From: Promethearchaeia archaeon
Lineage (GTDB): Archaea; Asgardarchaeota; Lokiarchaeia; Sigyniarchaeales; SOKP01
Assembly: GCA_029856125.1 (NCBI GenBank)
Contig: JAHQWJ010000136.1
Location: forward strand, 1 to 64,000
Reading direction: 5' to 3'
DNA length: 64,000 nucleotides
The translations under genes were made by a program, and so were the position numbers. The notes under the pieces are model-generated. The model was not told the DNA's origin and ran no database searches. It saw only the letters and a program-made list of their open reading frames with translations. This document shows positions 10,491 through 18,643 of this stretch, in pieces. Within the stretch, counting starts at the first letter, position 1. The number at the start of each line of letters is the position of its first letter.

Positions 10491-10922
10491 TTAATCAAAA
10501 GAAAGAAACTTTTTCTGGCGAAGAAATATAGTACTGACGCCAATTTTTCTCACTTTTCTGCGTAAATCAGCGTCATTAGATGCTAAATAGACTCTCTTCT
10601 CTTTTTCTTTTAGTTCTTTACAATTTCTCACCAAAAAATCATCAGTAGTTTCCTCATCTGATTTTGTGAGACGGTTGTAAACAAAATTATATTTCTCATT
10701 ATTACTCTCTAAATATGAAAGGCCAGACTTTAGATTCATAATGAACTTTGTAGCATTTGGTTCTCGAAGCCTTTTAGCTTCTAATTCATCTAAAATTTGC
10801 TTAAAAAGAATGAAAACAGTGCGCCCTTCTAAATTACTTTCTATATCATATAGATAATTAATTTTAAACTGAAATGGAAGTAATATGAAGTTCGCATCAA
10901 TTACGACAAGATTTTCTAACAT
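10491..10922 (-). CDS. PIN-domain protein (Fcf1/Utp24-like)
   Basis: 'VVIDANF', 'ILDELE', 'TDDFL', 'LASNDADLRRK'. Confidence 0.8.
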   Translation of the reverse strand: MLENLVVIDANFILLPFQFKINYLYDIESNLEGRTVFILFKQILDELEAKRLREPNATKFIMNLKSGLSYLESNNEKYNFVYNRLTKSDEETTDDFLVRNCKELKEKEKRVYLASNDADLRRKVRKIGVSTIFLRQKKFLSFD

Positions 10923-10945
10923 TATTTCATAAATATGTTAAAAAA

Positions 10946-11464
10946 TTAATAACTTTGACGGTCTAATATTTTTGTTGTCAATAATTCAAAAGCCTTATGG
11001 ACATTTTCTCCAGATTTACTTGAAATCTTAAGATAATCAAAAAATTTGAAAGTATCTTGAAAATCTGAAGCATAGTCGTCGGTTACCATGATCTCTTCAG
11101 TTAGATCGTTTTTTGTTCCTAAAAAAAGAATAGGTAAATCTGGATCACCCCTACGGCAAAGAGTTACCCACTCTTCTAGTTTTTCTAAAGTCATCGGACG
11201 AGTTAGATCAAAAAGTAGTAAAGCTCCTTTCGCCCCTAACACATAACTCTCTAACAGAAATCTAAACCTCTGCTGTCCTCCAAAATCCCATAATTGAAGT
11301 GTACAGTGTTTACTATTGATATTTACCTCTTTAAGAAAGAATTCCACCCCGATTGTCATCCTCGTTTCAGCACTAAACTTACCTTCTACATAACGATGAA
11401 GAAGTGTGGTTTTTCCTACTCCTCCTTCTCCTGCAGTAAGTATTTTTAAGATAAACTTCTTCAT
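10946..11464 (-). CDS. Rab-like small GTPase
   Basis: GEGGVGKT, TIGVEF, WDFGGQ, TKND, SSK; no C-terminal Cys. Confidence 0.92.
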   Translation of the reverse strand: MKKFILKILTAGEGGVGKTTLLHRYVEGKFSAETRMTIGVEFFLKEVNINSKHCTLQLWDFGGQQRFRFLLESYVLGAKGALLLFDLTRPMTLEKLEEWVTLCRRGDPDLPILFLGTKNDLTEEIMVTDDYASDFQDTFKFFDYLKISSKSGENVHKAFELLTTKILDRQSY

Positions 11465-11810
11465 ATTTCTAGTTTCTCGTCTTCTTAATTATGGGTGCTA
11501 TATTAAGTGAAATTTTAGAGGTTATGATTATAAAATTTACTAATTTCTTCTATTAAAAGTTTAAAAATGTGGTTTAATATTTAATAAAAATTTTCATTTT
11601 TTATCTTTTTGATTTAGATAAATTTAATTTCTATTTTTTATTTTAAGGTTTTATTATCTTCTTAACTAATTTTAGTACCTAATACGAATATTATATTAAT
11701 AATAAAATTTCTTCCATTAAATAAAGTCCGAAAGGCAATATACAATTAATTTTTAATTTATTATTGCTTATTGTTCATCAAGATAATCATTAATTATCTC
11801 TCAAATAAAT

Positions 11811-12101
11811 GTGGTAGAAATGAAAAAGAAAATACCTACTGAGGAAGAGTTAAATGAACTAGGAGTTAAATCCTGGGGCATATGGGAAAAAGAGAAAAGC
11901 GTTTTTGATTGGTCTTATAGCGATACTGAAACGTGTTATATTCTAGAAGGAGAAATCGAAGTTACTGATAATTCTACTGGTGAAAAACTCGAATTTAAGA
12001 AGGGAGATTTAGTTCAATTCCCTAAAGGATTAGAGTGTGTTTGGAATGTCAAAAGTGATAAAGTGAAGAAATACTATAATTTTGGAGATCTGAAAATTTA
12101 A
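11811..12101 (+). CDS. Cupin_3 (DUF861) protein
   Basis: 'WGIWEKE...FDWSYSDTETCYILEGE...GDLVQFPKGLECVWNV'. Confidence 0.85.
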   Translation: MVEMKKKIPTEEELNELGVKSWGIWEKEKSVFDWSYSDTETCYILEGEIEVTDNSTGEKLEFKKGDLVQFPKGLECVWNVKSDKVKKYYNFGDLKI

Positions 12102-12259
12102 CAGGATTTTACTCTTTTTTTAATTTTTTATTGTTTCTTTTTAATACACAAATCATTAAATAATCAGTTGATGAAATATTAGTTTAGAGATCTATTATCC
12201 TAATATTTTTTATTGGGTTGACAAGTCGAAATCAACTAATAGAATTTAAATAAGTACAT

Positions 12260-14371
12260 ATGAAACATATAGCTAACCTCGGAAGAAAGCATTTCCTATT
12301 GGATGAGAATATTAATCAATTTTTCAACAGTATCCCTATTCCATCATATGTTTGGCAGAAAACTAGAAACGATTTTATATTGATCGATTATAACAACGCA
12401 GCTTTAAAAGTTACTAATGGAAAAATTAAGGATCTACTTCACGAAAAAGCGTCTGTAATACATGAGGATCGTCCTGATATTATAGAAGCAATAAATAAAT
12501 GTTATCGTGAAAAAAAAAGCATTTCAGAAAATTTTGAATATCTTATGAAAACGACAGGAGAAAAAGTATTCATATCTCTAAAAATATATCACCTTCCTCC
12601 TGATCTGATAGTTGTTCATATAAAAGATATAACTCAATGGAAATTAGCAGAGGAAAAACTTAAAAACTCTGAGGAGAAGTATAAAATGTTATTTGAAAAG
12701 TCTCCAATTCCTATTGTGATTACTGATTTTGAGGGGTTTATTATTGAATTTAATAAAGCTTGTGAGCAACAGTTTGGTTATCTTAAAAAAGATCTCTACA
12801 GAAAAAACTACTTAGATTTAGGAGTATATTCTCCTGATTTAATTCCGTTACTTAAAAAAAGAATATCTCAATTAGCACAAGGCGAGGCAATCAAACCTGT
12901 CGAATTAGAAATATCTAAAAAGGACGGGACTAAATCGATGATTACTAATCAAATGTCTTTAGTTAATTATGGGGGGGAAAATTTGATACAATCTTTTTTA
13001 ATGAATATCACGGAGCGAAGAAATTTCGAAAAAAAAATTCAGCGAAAACTTGAGAACGAAAAATTTATTTCCTCGATATCATCAAGTCTTATTCGTACTG
13101 TAGATATTGATAGCGCCGTAAGCAAATCACTTCTCGAAATGGGAGTTTATATTGGGGCTGCACGCGCTTATATCTTACTATTTAACGAAGAAGAATCGCT
13201 TGAATTTTACATTCAAGAGTGGTGTGTTGAAGGAGTTGATCCTCAATTGATTAACTTAACAACTATAAGTAAAAATAGGTTTCCTTGGATATTTGATATA
13301 GGAAGCAAAAATGAAATGATACTTATTAGGAACTTATCAGAAATTCCAAAAGAAGCAATCAATACTAGGGAAGAATTAGAAAAGTTTAATATAAAATCGT
13401 TACTTGCTTTTCCAATTACAATAAACAAGGAATCCTATGGATATATTGGATTCGATAATATTAATAATATAAGTGAATGGGAAGAAGTTGATTTCGACAT
13501 TTTTAAAACGACATCTGAGATTATTGGTAATGCTTTAGAACGCAAATGGGCGGAAGAGACTTTGAAAGGAAGTCACCAATTGCTTGCAGGCGTTATTTCT
13601 TCTATAACTGAAGTAATTTTTCTTGTGGATAATAACTTTAACATCGTTTGGGCTAACAATGTAGCAAAACAAATGTTTGGTTCACGATTAACAGGACAAA
13701 AATGTTATGGTGTATTTTCACATAGGGGTAAACCATGTAAAGAATGTTTAGCTGTTGAAACATTTGAAGATGGAAAAATACACGAAAAAGAGAAAATCTT
13801 TACAAATATAGATGGGAAAAAGAAAAGTTACTGGAGTACATCAAGCGTAGCAGGATTTAATATAGAAGGAGAAAGAGAACTAGCCGTTTTGATACTTCGA
13901 GACATTACCGAAAATAAAAAGATGGAAGAGTCTTTGAATGAATCTGAATATAATTTAAGGCTATTGAATAAAAGTCTTATGGAAAAAGTAGAAGGAAGGA
14001 GCAAAGAATTAAAAATATCTGAAGAGATATACAAAAAAATATTAAATGATTTGGATGTGGGATTTTATAAAGGTGAATTTAAGGGTAAATTATTAATGCA
14101 TAATTCTGCATTCAACACTATCCTCGGATTAGATGCATCATTGTCTTTAGTTGGCTTTCAATCATCCCAATTTTTTAATGATTTAAATGTACAAGAGCGT
14201 TATTTTAATGAATTATCAGAGAACGGGCATATTACTAACTTTAAGGCACAAATCACGAATGACGACGGAGAGATTATAACTGTTTACTTAAATTCTCATT
14301 TAATAAGGGATCCTGAAGGAAACCCTAAAGAAGTAGAAGGAACTATGGTTAAATTTAAAAAAGAACCCTAA
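12260..14371 (+). CDS. Multi-PAS/GAF sensor protein without recognisable output domain
   Basis: Repeated PAS/PAC signatures (DITQWK, NITERR, DITENK), GAF ('SLLAFPI...GYIGFD'), Cys-containing PAS; ends after last PAS. Confidence 0.8.
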   Translation: MKHIANLGRKHFLLDENINQFFNSIPIPSYVWQKTRNDFILIDYNNAALKVTNGKIKDLLHEKASVIHEDRPDIIEAINKCYREKKSISENFEYLMKTTGEKVFISLKIYHLPPDLIVVHIKDITQWKLAEEKLKNSEEKYKMLFEKSPIPIVITDFEGFIIEFNKACEQQFGYLKKDLYRKNYLDLGVYSPDLIPLLKKRISQLAQGEAIKPVELEISKKDGTKSMITNQMSLVNYGGENLIQSFLMNITERRNFEKKIQRKLENEKFISSISSSLIRTVDIDSAVSKSLLEMGVYIGAARAYILLFNEEESLEFYIQEWCVEGVDPQLINLTTISKNRFPWIFDIGSKNEMILIRNLSEIPKEAINTREELEKFNIKSLLAFPITINKESYGYIGFDNINNISEWEEVDFDIFKTTSEIIGNALERKWAEETLKGSHQLLAGVISSITEVIFLVDNNFNIVWANNVAKQMFGSRLTGQKCYGVFSHRGKPCKECLAVETFEDGKIHEKEKIFTNIDGKKKSYWSTSSVAGFNIEGERELAVLILRDITENKKMEESLNESEYNLRLLNKSLMEKVEGRSKELKISEEIYKKILNDLDVGFYKGEFKGKLLMHNSAFNTILGLDASLSLVGFQSSQFFNDLNVQERYFNELSENGHITNFKAQITNDDGEIITVYLNSHLIRDPEGNPKEVEGTMVKFKKEP

Positions 14372-14391
14372 TTGTATAGATATTTTATAAC

Positions 14392-14946
14392 TTAGGAATA
14401 CCTTTTTTTATCTCTATATTCTTTAACTGATACCTTTCTTCCTTCCAATCTATCGTTATTTACTAAAGCGTCTTCGATTGCTTTAATTTCCGCTCTTGTA
14501 TTAATCTCAAAGTTTTTTAGCTGTTCGAGGATTTCCTTTTCTCCTAGCCCTTTATTATAAAAATTCTTGAATTTTTTAATTACTTTCTCGTTATAAAAAG
14601 AATAATGTCCGTTATAAAAAGTTATCAACCATTCCTTGTCATTTTGATTTTTTGATAACTTGTACATTTTTTCTTGTACTTGAGATAAAGGGCGTTTGAG
14701 TCTTCTCGCAACATTCTTATCTTCAATTACGTTGATATTACTTAAAAATTTATTCAATTTCTTAGAAAACATTAAAGTGGGAACGTAGGAAATACCCAAT
14801 AAGATTATAGTTATAATTGTAATAATTATGGCAACGATTTGTTCGAAGAAAAATATGATAATGATCACAACGATAAGAAAAATGAACCATTTTCTTCCAA
14901 TTGTCTTTAATGCTTTTACAAATTTTCCGGGCATATAAATCTTCAA
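14392..14946 (-). CDS. Hypothetical membrane protein (two N-terminal TM helices)
   Basis: Hydrophobic stretch at aa ~20-58 followed by basic soluble domain. Confidence 0.6.
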   Translation of the reverse strand: MKIYMPGKFVKALKTIGRKWFIFLIVVIIIIFFFEQIVAIIITIITIILLGISYVPTLMFSKKLNKFLSNINVIEDKNVARRLKRPLSQVQEKMYKLSKNQNDKEWLITFYNGHYSFYNEKVIKKFKNFYNKGLGEKEILEQLKNFEINTRAEIKAIEDALVNNDRLEGRKVSVKEYRDKKRYS

Positions 14947-15023
14947 CTTAGAGTTAATATACTCTTATTATATCTTATATTGTATACTTTAAAAACATTA
15001 TTTATAAGAAAATAACAAAATCC

Positions 15024-15220
15024 GTGATAATCATTAACCACATTTACGATTCCGGGTTCGGATGGTACCGGGTACTATCCTGTATTACCATGACCGTAGC
15101 CGAAGCTACAGTTTGCAAGTTCCCATAGATTTTCAACTACAGTACTATCTGCAACGCAAAACAGTTTAACTTCCGGCGTTGTAGCTAATTGCTACGAGAT
15201 TATGTGGTTAAAACTATCAC
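15024..15220 (-). other. 5S precursor processing stem with BHB-like motif
   Basis: 15220-15202 pairs with 15043-15024 (19 bp, one bulge); ACG/CGU outer helix, CCGG/CCGG central helix (15176-15173 with 15055-15052), bulges AA(G) and AAU. Confidence 0.75.
15050..15170 (-). rRNA. rrf: 5S rRNA, circularly permuted gene (3' half - UUCG - 5' half)
   Basis: Minus strand reads GUUAAACUGUUUUGCGUUGCAGAUAGUACUGUAGUUGAAAAUCUAUGGGAACUUGCAAACUGUAGC-UUCG-GCUACGGUCAUGGUAAUACAGGAUAGUACCCGGUACCAUCCGAACCCGGAA. It contains the 5S hallmarks CCGAAC, GAAGUUAA (across the junction), AGUA/GAA loop E and UGGGAA. Helices I-V all pair. Length 121 nt. Confidence 0.88.
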
Positions 15221-15366
15221 TAACAACCATTTTATAACTTTGGCTATATTATCGTAAAATGCTTCATTTATATGGTTGTAAGTAATTGGAATAGTACGAG
15301 CTAGTAATTAAACTTTTTCATAATAAACCGTTAAACTTAAAAGGAATAGCAAATGACGCTTTAATT

Positions 15367-17517
15367 TCATTCTAATTTTCTAAGGTCGTTTTTGTGCCTT
15401 CTAAGTCCAACTAATCTAATTGTTGACGATATTCCTGCTAAACCTACAATCATAATTGACACAGTTACTAAAACGAAGTACGTAAATGGCTTAGGTACCG
15501 TAAAATTGAAGTTAGTTTCATAAGCAATTATTGAATTATTAGCATAATTTCTAACAACTATTAAAAATGAGTATATTCCTGGATATAATTTGTTTAAATC
15601 ATGTATAAATGTAATTTTATCTCTATCTAATTCATTCAATACTCTGTAAAAATTATACTCTTTAAAATTATTTTCAGATAACAATATAAAAACACTTTCT
15701 ATTCTTGAATGATTATCCAATGTAGTGATATTAAAACAAATATTATCTGAAACTGAAGGCGTAAGAGGACTCCAAGTAATGTTTTGAATTTCTGGGGAGA
15801 TCCCATTAGGAAGAGTTGTAAAATTAAATAGGGTCGGTATAATATTGTGCCCCGTAATATATACTTCATAAAACTCATTTGGTTGAGCGGGTAATCGGAA
15901 TTTTGCAGTTCCATTGACATCTGCATATACAGTTCTATATTTTCCATCACTTGAGTTTAAATGAACACTTGCGAATGGAATGGTTTTGTTTAATACATCC
16001 TTAATTGTAATTGATACTAACTGACCTTCATAAATATCCTCAGTAAAGGGGTTTAACACGTTCCTTGGAATATTGGTATAAATATTTAATTCAGGATCGC
16101 CCAATAAACAATAAGTTAAGATATTTTTCCGCTGCCATTCACTATACATAGATGTATAATAATTTTCGAATATCTCAGAATTCACATATGTTGTTTTAGA
16201 ATTATATAATGCTTTTCCTTGCTGGAATGATTTCTTTTCAAAAAATTCTTTCCAAAATAATTTTGCGTTTCCTCGATTTACATATTCTAGATTGGTATCA
16301 TTTTCTATATACCAAGTAACTCTGAGAGCTCCAATATAACCAATTGATCCTGCATTTTGTCTTTTAATTAGAAGTTCTCCAATACTATTATCTCCTATAT
16401 CATATGACGAAGTTGTGCACGCATCAGCATATAATAAAGAAGGCATATGATTATTAGCACTTGTTAATGCATCGTTACTATCATATACTTGAGAAGCTAT
16501 ACCAATACTAGTAAAGCTTGTAGGACTACCGTGACCTGCAAAAATAATGGTTGAATAACCAGTGTCAATTTGAGTATCAAAATTATTATTGTCTAAAATT
16601 TCTTCTTGATTAGGAGATGGAGGTGTTGATGGTGTAAAATTTCCTGTTGTTTTATGCAAATGAGTAAAATTCATTTCAGAAACTACATAGTTATTCCAAA
16701 TATATTCTGTTAGACGAGCTTCATCTTCAGTAGGTGTAATTGACGAGATGCCACCTGCTAATAACATGCTATTCATCCAGCCACCAATAAATGGTGCTTT
16801 CTCATATTTCAAACTTTTATTAACCATGATTTCAAGTTCTTCGGCAGAATTTGCAGGAAAACGCCCAACATAAACTTCATGTGTCCAAGAAATTTCATCT
16901 CTTCCATTCGAATTATACTTAGCTGATTCTCCCCAGATATTATCATTATCTTCATCCCAAGATCCAGTTAAATCTGCATAATAATAATCAGTCGGTTTGT
17001 ATATATCACCTCCAACAGCTTCATGATCTCCCAGATCTACATCTCTAACATCTGGATTATAAACATATCTAATTGGAATCCCTGTTGAGCTTTCTTCAGC
17101 ATCACCACATAATAGTACCCATTTAATATCTTCTTTTTCATAAAAAGACTTTATCATGTTTCGGATTTTTTCAGCATCATCTCTTCCAGGATATTTTGAA
17201 AAATTACTTAAAATAATAGTTTTTAAACCTTTTTCATTTTTCCATTCCATTAATGGTGTTACCGCTTCAATAAAATCAGTTTGATTTGGTGTTATAATTA
17301 ACATCTCAATTTTTGAGTCGTACCACTTACTATTATCTATTTCTGGCAACTGAGATAAGTCAATTTCAGGGATAGTACTAGCAATACTCAAGTTATTAAA
17401 ACTATTTTGATTACCTTCAGTTTGATTACTCAATTCTATCTTAAGGCTAACAACTGGAATAAGAACCAAGATAATTAATGAAAAAATTACACGTTTCTGT
17501 AACCCACGCTTTCCCAT
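15367..17517 (-). CDS. Peptidase C25 (gingipain-like), membrane-anchored
   Basis: 'WVLLCGD', 'TDYYYADL', 'VYVGRFP', catalytic 'AGHGS' and 'ADACTT', 'LLGDPEL'; N-terminal signal and C-terminal TM. Confidence 0.88.
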   Translation of the reverse strand: MGKRGLQKRVIFSLIILVLIPVVSLKIELSNQTEGNQNSFNNLSIASTIPEIDLSQLPEIDNSKWYDSKIEMLIITPNQTDFIEAVTPLMEWKNEKGLKTIILSNFSKYPGRDDAEKIRNMIKSFYEKEDIKWVLLCGDAEESSTGIPIRYVYNPDVRDVDLGDHEAVGGDIYKPTDYYYADLTGSWDEDNDNIWGESAKYNSNGRDEISWTHEVYVGRFPANSAEELEIMVNKSLKYEKAPFIGGWMNSMLLAGGISSITPTEDEARLTEYIWNNYVVSEMNFTHLHKTTGNFTPSTPPSPNQEEILDNNNFDTQIDTGYSTIIFAGHGSPTSFTSIGIASQVYDSNDALTSANNHMPSLLYADACTTSSYDIGDNSIGELLIKRQNAGSIGYIGALRVTWYIENDTNLEYVNRGNAKLFWKEFFEKKSFQQGKALYNSKTTYVNSEIFENYYTSMYSEWQRKNILTYCLLGDPELNIYTNIPRNVLNPFTEDIYEGQLVSITIKDVLNKTIPFASVHLNSSDGKYRTVYADVNGTAKFRLPAQPNEFYEVYITGHNIIPTLFNFTTLPNGISPEIQNITWSPLTPSVSDNICFNITTLDNHSRIESVFILLSENNFKEYNFYRVLNELDRDKITFIHDLNKLYPGIYSFLIVVRNYANNSIIAYETNFNFTVPKPFTYFVLVTVSIMIVGLAGISSTIRLVGLRRHKNDLRKLE

Positions 17518-17643
17518 GGAAAATCAAAATAATAGAAAGTGACTTACTATATAATTATATTCAGAATAAAAAATATATTTACACATATTATAAATAATGA
17601 AAAATAAGTATATGATTAAAAAGGTAAAACTCAACTATTTATT

Positions 17644-17871
17644 ATGCCACTTAGATTTAACACGTGTCCTTATTGTAATCAAAGAATAGTGTTTAAGATA
17701 GATGAAAAAGATGTAAATCCCTCTCAATATCCTGCTCCAATTTATATTCATCATACGAGTGAAGCTTGTGGAAAAACTTCAACTTTTTACGTTGATAGTC
17801 TTTTGCGAGTTTCCTATAAAGAGTTAGAGAAGAAATCTGGTGCAATTAAAACATTAAAAACAATAGATTAA
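17644..17871 (+). CDS. Small zinc-finger protein
   Basis: CPYC ... HH-x4-C, 'YPAPIYIHH', 'FYVDSLLRV'. Confidence 0.65.
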   Translation: MPLRFNTCPYCNQRIVFKIDEKDVNPSQYPAPIYIHHTSEACGKTSTFYVDSLLRVSYKELEKKSGAIKTLKTID

Positions 17872-18021
17872 CATTTCTCCCTAAGTCTTTATGAAAATCT
17901 TATTATTTGACGATTATTTAATTTAGAATACTTTTTACAATTTTTGTAGCGAGTTTAATAGATTTATTAAATTATTTCTTACCATAGTAGATTTTCAAAA
18001 AAAAGTTAATATATTGTAATT

Positions 18022-18501
18022 ATGAGAATATTAATTGTATACTTCACAATGAGTGGAAGGACGAAGAAGACTGCAGAGGGAATCGCAAGCGCTTTAACCA
18101 ATCATGATGTGAGCTATTTTCCAGTAGAGTTAACGGGTAAATTTATAGAAAAAATAAAAAAATTAGATAAATTCGAGAATAATGATTATTCGGCAATAGA
18201 GGCTGATTTTGAAACCCTTGATGCTTTAAATTATGATTTAATAATTATTGGCATGCCTACCTACGGAAACAAACCACCAAAAATCTTTGATGAGATCATT
18301 AATAGAATGAAAAATTTTGATGGAAAAAAAGCTATCGTATTTAGTACAGCTCGTTTTAGTGGCGGAAAATCACTAGATTATATGAAAGCAAAAGTTGAAG
18401 GCCAAGGGGCTCAAGTGATCGATCAAGCTAGATTTCGAAAGGTATTATGGATTGGAGTAAAAAATGCCATTAAATTTGGCAATCAACTCAATGAGAAATA
18501 G
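18022..18501 (+). CDS. Flavodoxin-like protein
   Basis: 'YFTMSGRTKKTA' FMN loop, 'YDLIIIGMPTY'. Confidence 0.85.
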   Translation: MRILIVYFTMSGRTKKTAEGIASALTNHDVSYFPVELTGKFIEKIKKLDKFENNDYSAIEADFETLDALNYDLIIIGMPTYGNKPPKIFDEIINRMKNFDGKKAIVFSTARFSGGKSLDYMKAKVEGQGAQVIDQARFRKVLWIGVKNAIKFGNQLNEK

Positions 18502-18643
18502 GAATTGATTTACAAATTATATCTTAATTATGTGATGATTAGGAAGTTTAATTTTTACAATTAAAAAATAGTAGTTATTTTTTTTCTCAAGAGAATTAAT
18601 AAAATTAAGAAATATTTAGTAAGAATAAAAAACTAAATCTATT

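Noticed and set aside
15040-15200. tRNA gene or an ordinary linear 5S gene
   Set aside because: No cloverleaf; 5S motifs are present but in swapped order around a UUCG loop.
15223-15279. Inverted repeat ACAACCAT/ATGGTTGT upstream of the 5S locus
   Set aside because: 8 bp around an AT-rich interior that overlaps TATA-like boxes; cannot separate a promoter element from chance.
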